Below are positions 1 through 13,605 of a stretch of DNA of 64,000 nucleotides, piece by piece; position 1 is the first letter of the stretch; each line of letters starts with the position of its first letter. Source of the stretch: Octopus sinensis (Eukaryota). The position numbers were made by a program, and so were the translations under genes. The notes beneath the pieces were generated by a model. The model was given only the letters and a program-made list of their open reading frames with translations. It made no database searches and had not been told where the DNA came from. Where the stretch lies: the NCBI RefSeq assembly GCF_006345805.1, contig NC_043003.1, positions 110,112,001 through 110,176,000 on the forward strand, written 5' to 3'.

Positions 1-994
1 GGACATATGTGTGCAGTAATAAAGCATATACTTTTACTTATTTTGCCCTTGAACTATTGAATTGAATATATTCTACCTGTCGCTTAGTGACATCATCGAA
101 AAGTGAACATTTCTGCAACAGAATCAATATAAAATTGGTATATTGATGTATTGTCACCAAATTCTGGTAAAATTGCGAAAATATTTTCTATAGAAATAGT
201 TTTATTACGCTATATAATTTACTTGGAAATGTTTTCTGTAGAAACATTCGAATAATTCTTATTTCCGTCCTGTTGCTCTTGGCATATAATATATGCTCTA
301 AACGACATGCGTTCATAGATCCTATGTAATGTCTATACCGTCATACTATTCATAAACCTATTTTAGTGTTTTGCCTTTTGGGATTTATATTTACTTATTG
401 CTGAATTTATAAGAATTTAGGGACAAGGCCAGCAGTTTTGAAGGGAAATGATTAGTATATCTCAACGTATCTTAAATATTTTTACCTATGGACCACTTCG
501 GTTCCTATTTTACTCGGGTGGACTCTTCTAGCCATGTGATGTTAAAAAACCCTATTCTGTTTTTTATAATTCAATATTATTACCCAGAGCGGGAGTTAAT
601 ATAGTTCCATCTGCCATTCCATCTTAATATTGAGGATAGATGACGAATTATTTTCCATTATCTTTTTGCAGGTGTAGAGAGCTACTTCTCCTTTTCTAGC
701 GAATAGCGGAATCTCTGTCGTCCCTGCTGTGCTAAACTGTCATATTTTCATACTTCTAACGTTAGATATATATGTTATAAATAATGACTGACGGAATAAG
801 TATGTAGCGCTATGGAAGGTGACACCGGTTCATAACATCTTGAGCCTAGAGACATATCAGAATCCCACCCCTCTTGAATCCTAGTTGATTCTTTGGGTCG
901 ACTAACAACTCGAATTATTCTCAACGAAACGGAAAATTTATAAGAAACCCCATCTTAATAGGAATAAAAACAATAAAGACATACGTAATATTAA

Positions 995-1125
995 TTTCAT
1001 ACTTTGGCACAAGGCCAGCACGTTCGGGAAGGGGCTAAATCGATCACATCGACCTCAGAGTTCTACTGGTACTTGCTTTTGCAGCCCCGAAGGGATAAAA
1101 GGCAAAGTCGACAAGGCGGTATTTA
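995..1125 (-). mobile_element. Degenerate tRNA-derived SINE, 3' half
   Basis: ttggcacaaggccagc...actggtact...cccgaagggataaaaggcaaagtcgac resembles the minus-strand SINE at 1990-2220. Confidence 0.6.
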
Positions 1126-1868
1126 ACAACATAGGTAATATTAACTGTAAAAACGATAATTCTGTCAACTCTAAGATGAATAATGGTAATAATGTAACTA
1201 GTAACAGCAGTAGTAACACTGAATACTATAGATTTCTATGAAAAGTTTTCATAGAAATCTACAAAAGGTTTCCCTCTATGTACAATATAGATAAGTGTCT
1301 AGCAACATCGTTTACAAATGCGAGGTTGATCTAATCTAAATTCGTTTAGATTGGTGCTTTGTGCAGCAAAACTGGATCCTTGCTTTTACCAAACGTCTAG
1401 ATCCGAACGTACGGCTGGCAGCACATCTCTTTGTAAGAAAATTTGTGCTTTATAGAGGGACATGATGGAATACTCAATTGAATGTCAGATCGTTCGACAG
1501 GCAGCTTCGGTTCGAAGAATAAATGCTCCTTATATATTGTCGAAATTACGGCAATCATGGGTTGTATAGAGAGCGTCATAAATATATTTGATGCAATGAT
1601 TATGAGGCGTAATCATATATTACGTCACACTTGTCTCAGCTACAAAACTTGAGTCATATTTAGACATTAATTTTACTTATCAATGCCTAACTACGATGCC
1701 TATCTTTCGTTCGCCTTAAGAACGTACATATACGTGTGTGTTCTTGTTTATTATCAGCTATTTTACTTAGTCATATATATCGCCATACGATTGAACCATT
1801 TTTTTACCTTTTACTACAACGTGGTGGATAAAACTTGTCTTTAGATTTTAATATTCGTTCTCCTCTAA

Positions 1869-2475
1869 GGTGGCGATCTGGCAGAAACGTTAGCACGCCG
1901 CGCGAAATGCGTAGCCGTATTTCGCCTGCCGTTACGTTCTGAGTTCAAATTCCGCCTTTTATCCTTTCGAGGTCATTAAATTAAGTACCTATTTCTTTAC
2001 TACCCACAAGGGGCTACACAAAGAGGCCAAACAAGGACAAACAAACGGATTAAGTCGATTACAGCAGCCCCAGCGTGTAACTGGTACTTAATTTATCAAC
2101 CCCGAAAGGATGAAAGGCAAAGTCGACCTCGGCGGAATTTGAACTCAGAACGTGACGGCAGACGAAATACGGCTATGCATTTCGCCCGGCGTGCTAACGT
2201 TTCTGCCAGCTCGCCGCCCGTTAAATTAAGTACCAGTTACGCACTGTGGTCGATATAATCGACTTAATCCGTTTGTCTGTCCTTGTTTGTCCTCTCTGTG
2301 TTTAGCCCCTTGTGGGTAGTAAAGAAACAGAAATAGGTATTTCGTCTGTCTTTACGTTCTGAGTTCAAATTCCACCGGGGTCATTACCTTAAGTACCAGT
2401 TGCGTACTGAGGTCGACCTAACTCACTGGCCCCTCCCCCCCCCACATTTCGGGCCTTGTGCCTAGTGTAGAAAAG
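1869..2475 (+). mobile_element. Composite tRNA-derived SINE (two tandem plus-strand units) with a 19-bp TSD
   Basis: Head ggtggcgatctggcagaaacgttagc and B-box-like gagttcaaattcc; aatattcgttctcctctaa at both 1850-1868 and 2476-2494. Confidence 0.85.
1990..2220 (-). mobile_element. Full-length SINE inserted in inverted orientation inside another SINE
   Basis: Minus strand begins ggcggcgagctggcagaaacgttagcacgccgggcg; 14-bp TSD ttaaattaagtacc at 1976-1989 and 2221-2234. Confidence 0.88.
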
Positions 2476-3077
2476 AATATTCGTTCTCCTCTAACATACT
2501 CTTACCTGAAATTATCTTCAACTTTTCATTCAGTGCACTGCTCCCTAGTACATACATATTTATTTATCTATCATTTTATTTTATTTTTTTATTATCTTTA
2601 TTACCTACTTTACTTTATTTGTATACATATGTGTATAAGGCAACAATAGATATTTTACGCAGCGTATATTTCATATCTGTCTTTTTTTTTTAACTATTTT
2701 AATTCGGCTTTTGCGTTTAACGATTTCAATATAATAATTCGGTACCTTGTATTCCTTCCCCTCGTTTTGATTCAATTCTTTTTCACGTTCCACGACTTTT
2801 GATATTATAAGTCGGCTGCTTTGCTAACTTTTTAATTTGCACTTGCACATTTTGCCATTCACCCTAATTTATTTTCAACTATTAATTGTGAGCTTTTCCA
2901 CTTTTCCAATTTATTTTTTTTTCTGCTACGTAATGTAACTTCCATTTCGAGCATGATATACCTTTGTTTTATTTATTGATTATGTCCTTTATATCCGTAT
3001 CAAGACTTATTGCACACTCATACGTATATATGAACAAATTTAAATGTGTGTGTATGTGTCTGTCTGTGTGCGTGTCT

Positions 3078-3122
<45 letters not shown>

Positions 3123-3334
3123 ATAAACTGTCCGATGAACGGCAACGGGAAACTCAGAGTAACAGGTTTTGTTGAATTATCTGCTGCTTTAAATAAAGTC
3201 CACCGGTCACTCCTTGCAACACCTATCTGTGTTCGGTTTGTCCTTACACAGAGGCCATCCGGATTCCCGTTTGCGCCGTGAACAGGAATTAATCTTCTCT
3301 CTTCGCTCTTATACGCCATTTGGTCTCAACTGTC

Positions 3335-3715
3335 CCCCCTCCTCATCTAACCCCCCTCTCCCCCCTCCTCACCTATCCTTTCTCCCCCCGACCCCTACTT
3401 CTTCAGTCCTTCATCCTTCCCCCCTACTCCCCTTCCCTTCTTCCCTCTTTCTCCCTCCCTCTTCCCCCTTCCTCTGCTCCTCACTCCCTCTCTCCCCTTC
3501 CTCTCCCTCTCCCCCCTTCTCCCTCTTTCCTCCTTCTCCCCTCCTTCACCTTCCTTCTCCCCATCGTCTCCTCTTCCCCCTTCTCCTCCCCCTCTTCTTC
3601 CCCTCCCCTTCTCTCCCCCCTCTTCTCCCATCCCTCTTCTCCCATCCCCCTCTTCTCCTCCCCCTCCCCCCTTCTCTCCCTCCCTCTTCTCCTCCCCCCT
3701 CCCCCTCTTCTCCTC
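3335..3715. repeat. C/T-rich low-complexity tract, (CCT/CTC)n-like
   Basis: Nearly pure pyrimidine run; the Pro- and Gly/Arg-rich ORFs here are artefacts. Confidence 0.9.
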
Positions 3716-3769
3716 ACTACAGCACATGACTACACATCACATCACATATGATGTGCCATACTAATACAC

Positions 3770-4075
3770 ACACCAACTAATACATACTAATACGTACTAA
3801 TACATACTAATACTTATACCAACCCTATACATACACACGTCCAGCCACCCCCTACGCACTTATACTCTCTCACACACACACACCCACACCTTACATACCA
3901 ATACGTACTATACATACAATACATACTATACATACACCAACCCCATACATACGCACGTCCAGACCCTTACGCACTAATACTCTCTCATACACACGCACAC
4001 ACACACACACACCCTTATACATACTAATACATACACCAACCCTATACATACACACATCCAGACCCCTCCCACGCA
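3770..4075. repeat. Degenerate minisatellite, about 3 copies of a ~110-125 bp unit
   Basis: caaccc(t/c)atacatac...cac(g/a)tccag...acgcact recurs three times. Confidence 0.7.
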
Positions 4076-4249
4076 CTTTTAGCTGGTCCCTCAACCCTTT
4101 TATCAACCCTATTATCTACCCTTATTTCGCTCTCGCGTCTCATGTTTGGTCTTTGACCTCTGGCCGAAATCAGATCGCCATGTTGATTCGTTAGCTACTG
4201 CACGCATTTTTTTTCTCTCCTTCTTTCTGTGTTTTTCTCTCTCTGTGTA

Positions 4250-4287
4250 TCTTTCTGTTGAAGAGCGTAGGCTCGAAACGTTAAAGA
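4250..4287 (+). ncRNA. Minimal type I hammerhead-like motif with variant core
   Basis: TCTTT-CTGTTGAA-GAGC(GTAG)GCTC-GAAA-CG-TT-AAAGA: stem I TCTTT/AAAGA, 4-bp stem II, palindromic AACGTT stem III. Confidence 0.5.
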
Positions 4288-4678
4288 CTTGTTTTATTTA
4301 TATTTCTTGAGCGCCATAGTAATACAATTGTTCATTTGTTTTCCACCTGCCTTCGTCTTTTGTTTATTTTCATAAAGCTTCCCGTTATCTATATACTTAT
4401 ATATATATATATGTATGCATATATATGTCTGAATATATAAATGTGTGTGTGTGTGTGTGCGTTTGAGTAAATTTATATATATATATAAATTTAATTTTCA
4501 AATGAGGGTGAGAAATTAGATATTAATTCAATCAACATCGATTTCACACCTGTGGTCTAGCATATAAAGTAAAGTATTATCTGAAGCATTAGTTTTCCCA
4601 GTAATTTAGGAACGAGGACATTTGAAATGCTATTGTATGTATGTATCTATGTATGTATTTATCTCCCTCTGTTTCTCT

Positions 4679-4711
<33 letters not shown>

Positions 4712-4715
<4 letters not shown>

Positions 4716-4830
4716 CCTGCTCGCTTAGCCAGCGGGGTGGCGTCATTCGAAGGCTAAAACAATGCGAACGCATTGTGACCAGCGATGTGTAACACCATCT
4801 GATGGTCTGGTCGGTCACGTGATCACGTGA
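4712..4830 (+). mobile_element. 5'-truncated SINE copy of the same family as 4841-5120
   Basis: Shares the 3' tail aacaatgcga...gtgaccagcgatgtgtaac...ctggtcggtcacgtgatcacgtga. Confidence 0.8.
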
Positions 4831-4840
4831 TATATATATA

Positions 4841-5120
4841 GGCGCAATGCCCACTGGTTAGGGCAGCGGACTCGCGGCCGTCGGATCGCGGTTTCGATTC
4901 CCAGACCGGGTGTTGTGAGTGTTTATTGAGCGGAAACACCTTAAAGCTCCACGAGGCTCCGACAGGGGGTGGTGATCACTGCTGTACTCTTTCACCACTC
5001 TTCTTTCACTCTTTCTTCTGTTGGCTTGCTGGCTTAACCAGCGGGGAACAATGCGAAGTGCATTGTGACCAGCGATGTGTAACAACATCTGATGATCTGG
5101 TCGGTCACGTGATCACGTGA
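4841..5120 (+). mobile_element. Full-length tRNA-derived SINE with LINE-like 3' stem-loop
   Basis: A-box-like tgcccactggttagg, B-box ggtttcgattccc, 3' hairpin gaccag..gatgt/acatc..ctggtc, flanked by (TA)n. Confidence 0.85.
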
Positions 5121-5879
5121 TATATATATATATATTACATTAGCTAAAATAGCTTTTATGTGGTAGCAGTTAATTCTTTCTTTTTCTAGGGAAAGGAGCC
5201 GTTTAACGTAATTTCGAAGTCACATTCGTCGAAAGCATGCGAAGAAAACTGGAAAAGAAAACAAAAACATGAAACAAAACTCTTTCCCGGTACCTCGAAT
5301 TATTGCTGACCCAACGGGTCATAAGTAGTCTAGTGTATGTATGTGTGTGTATGTGTGTATATTTGTGTGTGTGTGTATACTTGTTTGTGTGTGTATGTGT
5401 TTGTGTGTGTGTGTGTGTAGCAGAATCACCATCCCACTACATCTACACATTCAATGCTGTTTGCCAACGGTCCTCCAGCAGTAGTACATCTTGATAAACT
5501 CACTGGCAAATCCTAACTTCAGGCCACGACAAACAGAGAGGATGTTCTTGAAGCCGAGAGATAATATTTACATATTACTTACGGAAATGATATTTACATA
5601 TCGCCTAAGAAAACAGCTAGATTTCATAATGCAGGGAAACCGTTACACAATCAAGTACCTGCACGCCTTGATAACTACGATGCTTAGATGTATATACATA
5701 TACGTATATACTTATATATGTATATCCACACACATATCCACACTGCGGAACAAGACTTGGTCTCGATTCAAACATCTATGTGAAGGTTCTGGTTGAGAGT
5801 CGTACCTGGAAGGACACATTTGTATCAGTAGGATTCGGCTCCTTGTCATACCTCTGGGTAGACTTCGGTGAAACTCAAG

Positions 5880-6125
5880 TAGAATTTCTAGAGCCCCCAA
5901 TTTCAACAGCCCCCAATTTCTGACCTCCTTATCCACCGATTGTAAACCTTGGATTACTATATGCTGGATGCAATTCGCTCTGACTGCAAAACCAAGGCCG
6001 AACTGCTGGCCAAAGTGAAAGATGTGTTGGAAGATCTTCTCAGGGAACAGCGAGAAATGCATACACCAGGTTTTGGAGCTATGTTGAACCCGAGGCGAAA
6101 GCTGAGGGCAGATACTTTGATAATG
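5880..6125 (+). pseudogene. Tc1/mariner (DD37D/maT-like) transposase C-terminal relic
   Basis: With frameshifts reads PNF*PP..D...LDYYMLDAI..CKTKAELLAKVKDVLEDL..RNAYTRFWSYVE..AKAEGRYF, matching the WPPNSPDCNPLDY...EGGYFE terminus. Confidence 0.7.
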
Positions 6126-6425
6126 CTGTTACCTCCAGAACTATTGCCAAATTGTCATCGCTTGGTTTTCTAAAATGCTCTTAATTTTAGATGAGATATT
6201 GTGATTTTCCTTTTATGTAAACTGTCAAATTTAACCCTAACACCCAGAGTATATATATATATATACATACATACATGCATACATACACACATACATACAT
6301 GCATACATACTTAGGTAATATATCTATATCTATATATATAAAATACAAAATAGCAAAAGAACGCAAAACATCCGGACAACTAGGTGATACAAAGTGGACA
6401 ACAAAACATCCAGATAGACGATACA

Positions 6426-6481
<56 letters not shown>

Positions 6482-7126
6482 ATATATATAAATGTGTGTG
6501 TGTGTGTGTGTGTGTGGTTAACTGAATGGTATTATTTTAAAGCAAGTTTAAGAATAACAACTGACTACTTAGTGATTGCTGACTTAAAACTGAAATGCTG
6601 TGAAAATTCTTGCTGACTGCGAGCGATAATGTACTATAAATTACAGTCTTCAGTTGTTCCATCTTCAAATCATAACGTTAGTTGATCGTTAGCTGCTTTA
6701 AAACTTTTATAGATGTTTTATCTTTAACTATATTATGTTTTCTTAACGGTATTTGTTCCGAAAATAACTGCATTTTGATAACATTAACATTGATGAGTAT
6801 ATATTTATACAATGGAATCGACTTATTACAGTCAGAAATTCATGTTATACAAACGGTTGTTGTTACAAGACAGAAAAGTGCTGCTAACGAGTCACAGATG
6901 ATTGGTATATGGTAATGGTAGTGGTCGAATCGTAAGTTGGCCCTGGTGATCGGGATACTGTTATTAAGCGCATTAGTGAGACTGCTGCGGATTCTTTTTA
7001 TATATATCAGTATATGAATGTATCTATATGTGGATGTATGTATAAATGCGTGTGTATGCGTGTACGTGTTTTTGTGTGCGTTTGTATGTGTTTGTGTGTG
7101 TGTGTGTATGTATGAATGAGAGTGTA

Positions 7127-7163
<37 letters not shown>

Positions 7164-8108
7164 GTGTATATATATGTATATATATTTATATATATACACA
7201 TATTTAATATATATATATATATATACATTACACCCATTACACCATATATATATTTATATATATACACATATTTAATATATATATATATATATACATTACA
7301 CCCATTACACCATATATATATTTATATATATATACACATATTTAATATATATATATATACACATTACACTTTAACACATCCGTACCGCTAACGGGGAAAT
7401 TAATTTAGGCATTAAGCAGCCAATATTATTTTCAGCTATTCACGGGTACTACTCCACTAGCATTATGGTACCCAACACAGACAAGTGTATGAATTCGCTA
7501 TAGGCTAAAAAAAAGCGAGGGTAAAATGGGTACTTTCAACTAAACCTTTCCTCTAATTCTGATTGCGCATGTCTTCCAAATGAATACTTTAAAGGACTTG
7601 AGAAGGATGCCGCGGGAGATAATCGTTCGATCTATCGATTAATTCCTTGATCAATTAATCGAAGGATTATGCATGAAAAGCACAATGTATTATGAGGGCA
7701 CATTACTGGATAATCTGAAAAGTATAAAAAATGAAAAAAAAATATGAGTATTCATTGCTGATATACTTTAAGAATGTTGAATCAAATCACTAATTGGTGA
7801 AGAAATTCCTACCTACAGTTGGCACTTGTCACAGACATTTAGAACATATGGGTGGATATAATCTACATTGGACATACTGTTCGCCTGATGTATTAAACGG
7901 GGCAATTAGCGAGTTCTTTCATTTGCATGTACATACATATATACAAAAAGCATACATACGTACATGCATAAATACATAATATATACATATATACATACAA
8001 ACACACACATATGTGTATATACAGTAGATCACGCTTTATAAATCCATCTTGGATCGCCTATTTTGGATTTATTAAACAAATAGACATATATATATATATA
8101 TGTATGTA

Positions 8109-8139
<31 letters not shown>

Positions 8140-8965
8140 GTATGTGTGTATATATGTGTGTGTGTGTGTATGTGTGTGTGTGTGTGTGTCTGTAAAAAAA
8201 TGAAGCATGAAGACGCATTGTCAACGATTTATTTCAATCGTGTTTCCAATAGTTTCCCACAATGCATTCTTTCTACTAGTTACGTACGTAACGCAACTTT
8301 TATTTGATATATTAATTAGTCATACCCACCTGATTTAGCTAAATTTTGTATACATTGAGGTCATTTGGAAAGCATTTAAGACAATATGCATACCAGATCT
8401 CTGTCTTCATTTTAATACCCAGTGTCACTACTCTAGCCAAGGGAAACATATTTTTTAATGAAATGCTGTTCTTTTCATGACAGCAAGAGACCATATGTTC
8501 CTAATCAGAAAAGAATTGTATCATAATTTCTGATGCAGTTTGGTACATCCAAATATATGGAGAGAAAGCAGCTTTATACGAAGGCAAAATATTTCAGCGC
8601 ATGTTCACATTAATATAAAATATATGATAAATTACGTATTGTTAATAAAATAAGTGGTTTGTACACTACTTAAAGTTAATTCATCTGCTCATTGGAAGCA
8701 GAGTTCACTTAATATTTTATGGTCAGTATAACGTCACGTCCATTATCATTCCGATAATGCTATCAATAAATTAATTACGAAAACTGATTAGAATAAGAAA
8801 CTTCGCTGCATAACTAAATATGTGTCCTTAAGTACAGTATCAGTATTGTGTATACTGATTCAGTTTCATGATATATTAGAACATTCGTCTCAGTATGTAC
8901 ATCCAGGCAACACTTCCTGGTATTCACGTCCGAAAGCTATATATATATATAATATTTATTTATAT

Positions 8966-9022
<57 letters not shown>

Positions 9023-9322
9023 GTACAAACACATATACAAATGTATATATATATATATACATATTTATATGTATGTGTGTGTATATATATGTATATATAT
9101 ATATACACACACATAAAAATCTATAGGTACATATACACGTGCAATATTTAATTGAATTTAAAATAATATATATATACATTCAACTAACAATATATATGCA
9201 TATATATATACATATAGATTTACATATCCTTAATATGCAGATATATACAGATATGCATACACGCACACACACATACACGCACACATACACACACACACAC
9301 ACATACACACACACACACACAT

Positions 9323-9356
<34 letters not shown>

Positions 9357-10599
9357 CATATATATATGTATTATATAAGTGCATATATATTTTATACACA
9401 TACCAGATTATACATCTAAATGCAGCCACACTTATATTTGCATGTACACTCTTACACACACACATACACACATACGTGTGTGTGTGTGTATATATCTGTA
9501 TACATGACTGTGTGTACCTGTATGCGCTCATGTGTAATGTGTGTCTATATCTGCTCGGATGTTGCTATGCATTAAATAAAGATGATTTTAATACAAAATG
9601 AGAGAAAGGACTCTTCGCTCTCCATCTCATGAATATTCAAGCATTTTCTTAACTGCTCTTCTTTTCATTTTTCTACCATCTGTGCAGAATTCGCTAAAGC
9701 GAAATAATATCACGACTTTCGATAAATTATTTCATATTTTACACTTCATCATCTCACAAATATAACCAAAACAACACGTACAGAAAAATATAAGAAAATG
9801 TCCAAACGTAAATTATTTCTTGTATAAGAATTAAACAGAGCGGTTGCACTTACTCTACACAGCGGTATTAGGCAATATGGAGATTTTGCGTCAGTGCAGC
9901 TTGCTCATGCATTAAGGAAACTTAACAATGGCTTCACTTTCCGAGTGATCCATCTATCAAAGCATCTTTAAACATACACCTTGACATATTTATGTACATA
10001 CACAACACATGTGTATTCCAACAATTCTCCTTATATATGAACATCTTAAACATCTACATACACATACAATCAATACGTACATGATATATCTGTGTGTGTG
10101 TATGTGTGTGGGCGGATGTAAATTGTTATACATATAGAGCGTAGTAGCGAAGTTAGTGTCAAATTCTTTATGCATACATACATGCATAATCAATTATAAA
10201 GAAATACAAAGAATGTTAACGAATGATTTTTTTTCTTTGGTGGATATTAACACATGCTCACGCAGTCTACACACGCAGTCTACACACGTTCGGATTTTGT
10301 CGTCACTAAATCTCAAGCAGTCTGATAAGTAGCTAACTTCAGATTATCTCTTGTGCATGCTAGATACTTACAACATACTTCGACGCGAACATGCGATGTG
10401 GCAGGTTGTGTTGTGCGTGCTTGGGATCGCTCTGAAAAGGGACGTCCCAAACAAACATTATCGACATCTAAGGACGTTGTATTTTTAAAAAGATGCAAGA
10501 AAGCGGGGGGAAACCTGCAGAAAGAGTACGGAGAGGATGCTGTTGCAGAACGCCTGTTCCAGAAGTTGCTTTCAAGATTTCCATCGGAAATTTTTCGAT

Positions 10600-10900
10600 C
10601 TTCTCTCGATTGTTTCCGTTGGCTCAAAGGGAGACAATGTGTTGTTGTCGACAAATAGTAACGAAGTCTTTTCTCTCTCCATTTTCAAGAGTGGCCATTT
10701 AATAGAGAGGCCATAGGCCAACAGGTTTAGGGTATGAAGAAACGTTCTAAAGTTAAACGCTTTACGGACGTGAAACGCAGGGGAACCCCATAAATCTTTC
10801 AGTTCCCGTCTACCAAACCCACTCACAAGACATTGATCGAGAAGGCATTCGTCCAAGGAGCTCGGAACCATATAGTTGAAAGCCAAGCTGCTACTACACA
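10600..10900 (+). pseudogene. Highly degenerate PLE GIY-YIG endonuclease relic
   Basis: NSNEVFSLSIFKSGHLIERP*ANRFR loosely resembles SSNVIYCISC..LYIGETGRRLADRF; a ctgatgag core lies downstream at ~11064. Confidence 0.4.
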
Positions 10901-11218
10901 ACCCCGTCTGCTAATGATTTGTAAGTCTAAACCTTCACTATATATTCCCCCGCCGCTCATCTGAATAGCTCTTATTTTTTTATATTCTTTCTTGGCCGTT
11001 CAATCAATTTATCTTTTACAATACATACTTATAACACTCTTATATATTATCATGTCTTACTCTCTGATGAGCAGATACTAGGAAAATAAAATAAGAAATA
11101 TTAAGCAAATTTATATCTAAACACTTGATCGAACGTTATATGTGTTATTTTGTAAAGCTGTATACAGAAAAATAAAAGAATGAAATAGAAACAATAAGTA
11201 CAAGCACAAAATTAGAAC

Positions 11219-11600
11219 AGGCACAAGTATGGCTGTATGCTAAGAAGCTTACGTTGCTACTACATGATTTTGGATTCAGTCCCACAACGTATTACTTTGG
11301 GAGTGTGTCTTCCAATATAGCATCGGGCCGACCAAAACCGTTGTGATTTGATTTGGTAGATAGAACCTGAAAGAAGCCCGTATATATGTATATATGTAAC
11401 TATGTGTTTTTGTCTTTGTGGCCGTGTTTGTCCTACACCAGCGTTTGACAATCGGAGTTGGTGGGTTTATGTCTGAGTAAATTAGCGGTTCGGCAAGAGA
11501 AATTGATAGAAAAAGTGCCAGGCTTATAAAGATTTAATGTGGCTGATGCATTCGACTATAAGTTCTTGAAGGTGGTGACTTAGCATGGCCTCAGTCTAAT
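11219..11600 (+). mobile_element. Long tRNA-derived SINE, degenerate full-length copy
   Basis: Head ggcacaagtatggctgtatgctaag, B-box-like ggattcagtccca; 3' part shared with 29040-29220 and 63817-64000. Confidence 0.75.
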
Positions 11601-11679
11601 GTTTGAAACAAGTAGGTAAAAAGGCAAGAGGATAGCATGAGAAAATTAAATGTAACTATGCATAAATATGAGTGTATAT

Positions 11680-11777
<98 letters not shown>

Positions 11778-13414
11778 ATGTATATACTTAAGTTTATTGC
11801 ATTAGTAGAATTTATTTATTTACTTATAATAATAGCCACCCTGGATATACAAAAGAAAAGACAACTTCAATGCGACTGGAGATCAGGTCTTGGAGGAAGC
11901 GATCGGAACACTCGAAGGCATTTAGTGTTGCTATTCTATAGTACTTACAACCATCTACTTTCCGAGTTCCAAATCACAACAGATTATTAAAGCAATCTCA
12001 CATAAATATGAAAGCTTTTATAAACGATTTTCGGTAAAAGTTTGACATTAAGTGTTCTCAGCAATCTGAATAACACATTTGTCAATTAGTCTTCAGTAAC
12101 TGGTAATATGTTACTTAGATGTACAACATATAATTTACATTATGTAGCATTTACACCATTTATCAAGAGTACCGTTCTTATCTGATCTAAAAAAGAATTT
12201 AGACATAAAATACGGCTAATGATATATTGTCTCTTCAGCTTCAGTCACCTAGATATATATTACTAATTCTGAATGGTGCATCAATTCAAATTTAAGAAGC
12301 TTAAGATGATTATTACGAATGTTAATTCATTTTCCGTTTTAGATTTTCTTTTTCGGTTTTCTCTGCCAGATCTAAATTTAGGCAGAAGGAAAAGAAAATA
12401 CAAGACCGAAATTGGGAAAGGAATATTTGAGTCACAAACATTTTATTGGTTAATCTATATAATCAAGCTAAATATAAGACCATTTTCTTTGAGTGAATAG
12501 GAAATAAATAACATATTAATAAAAATAACAAAAACACAAAAGCACTTAGAGTAATCTTCTAATCAGATTCTCCTAACTTTCAAAGCATATGGACACACCG
12601 TCTTTTGATAGGAATATCTATTTTAATCGATGAACTAATGTTATTTTTCTATACGATTAGTATATTAGATCAAACACATTTGCACACATTTCTTAAGTGC
12701 TTTTTTAAAACATTTATTTCTATGTAAAAGAAAAAATCGCTTTGTGATAAAATTGACTGCGGACGAGCAAACACACACAGCTTTATATATGTGTGTGTGT
12801 ATGTATCTCTGCCATTCCTCAAACCATACATAAAAAGCTGCATTTTATTGTCTACTTTTTTTCGTTTATAGCATTAGCTTTTTAAATGTGGATCAATCTG
12901 CTTTTTACACATGTTGAAGTAAACTATTTTGCGATGTTTCTTAATAATGCATTAATACGTTCAATTAAGAATAAGTTTTGTTTTACGAATTGTCTAAACA
13001 AATAGTAACAGACAACTAACAATGAAAAGATCTACAATCGTTATTGTATAAATATTAAATTAATATAGCTAACAGTAACGATTATGGCTAGTAACGATAA
13101 GAATGGTTTACGTAATGCTGAAGTGAAACTTTGTGCAAACATATTTTTATTTACATTAATGACAACTGTACACACTTTGGGCAAAAGAATAATATTCTCT
13201 TTTTATGTTACCTCGTTATTGTTAAATATCTTCATAATACATTATACAATAAGTGGCTCCATTAGGCTGTTGCATGAGCCAAGAACATATCAATCAGTAT
13301 GAGTTCTAATTTGGGTATACGGTAGCTCATTTTGAGGTAAAGGTTTAGACCAAGTATCTCATTCGTACATTATTTATATTTGACGGATATTTATCCTCAT
13401 CTTGTTTGCTGTTA

Positions 13415-13457
13415 ACACAACGTTTCAGCTGATATACCCGCAGCCTTCTTCATGTGT
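13415..13457 (-). ncRNA. Minimal type I hammerhead motif with C3 substituted
   Basis: ACAC-ATGAAGA-AGGCTG(CGGGTATAT)CAGCT-GAAA-CG-TT-GTGT. Confidence 0.65.
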
Positions 13458-13532
13458 ACTGGGGAAATTCTGAATCTGTGTTCTCATTTCAGAGGTATTT
13501 TTCGATATTATTATTATCATTATTATTGATCA

Positions 13533-13605
13533 GGCCACTGTCTGAAATCGAATTCAGAATCTTGGGTTTAGTAGCCCGCGCTCTTAACCACTACCCTATA
13601 TGCCC
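13533..13605 (-). ncRNA. tRNA-derived (SINE-head-like) segment in the PLE 3' region
   Basis: gggcatatagggtagtggttaagagcgcgggctactaaacccaagattctgaattcgatttcagacagtggcc, with A-box and degenerate B-box. Confidence 0.7.

Noticed and set aside
660-730. Strong splice acceptor tttttgcag|G
   Set aside because: Stops occur in all three frames within 12 codons; at best a terminal or UTR exon.
1380-1580. Possible mariner or exon fragment
   Set aside because: Only a few residues (KDPVLLH) resemble mariner; not enough to support a call.
7170-7375. Three ~68-bp repeats with near-constant spacing (CRISPR-like look)
   Set aside because: The spacers are (TA)n rather than unique, there are no cas genes, and the context is eukaryotic; this is a simple minisatellite.
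11060-11135. CTGATGAGC downstream of a PLE relic
   Set aside because: The position fits a pLTR HHR, but stems I-III could not be formed; too decayed to call.
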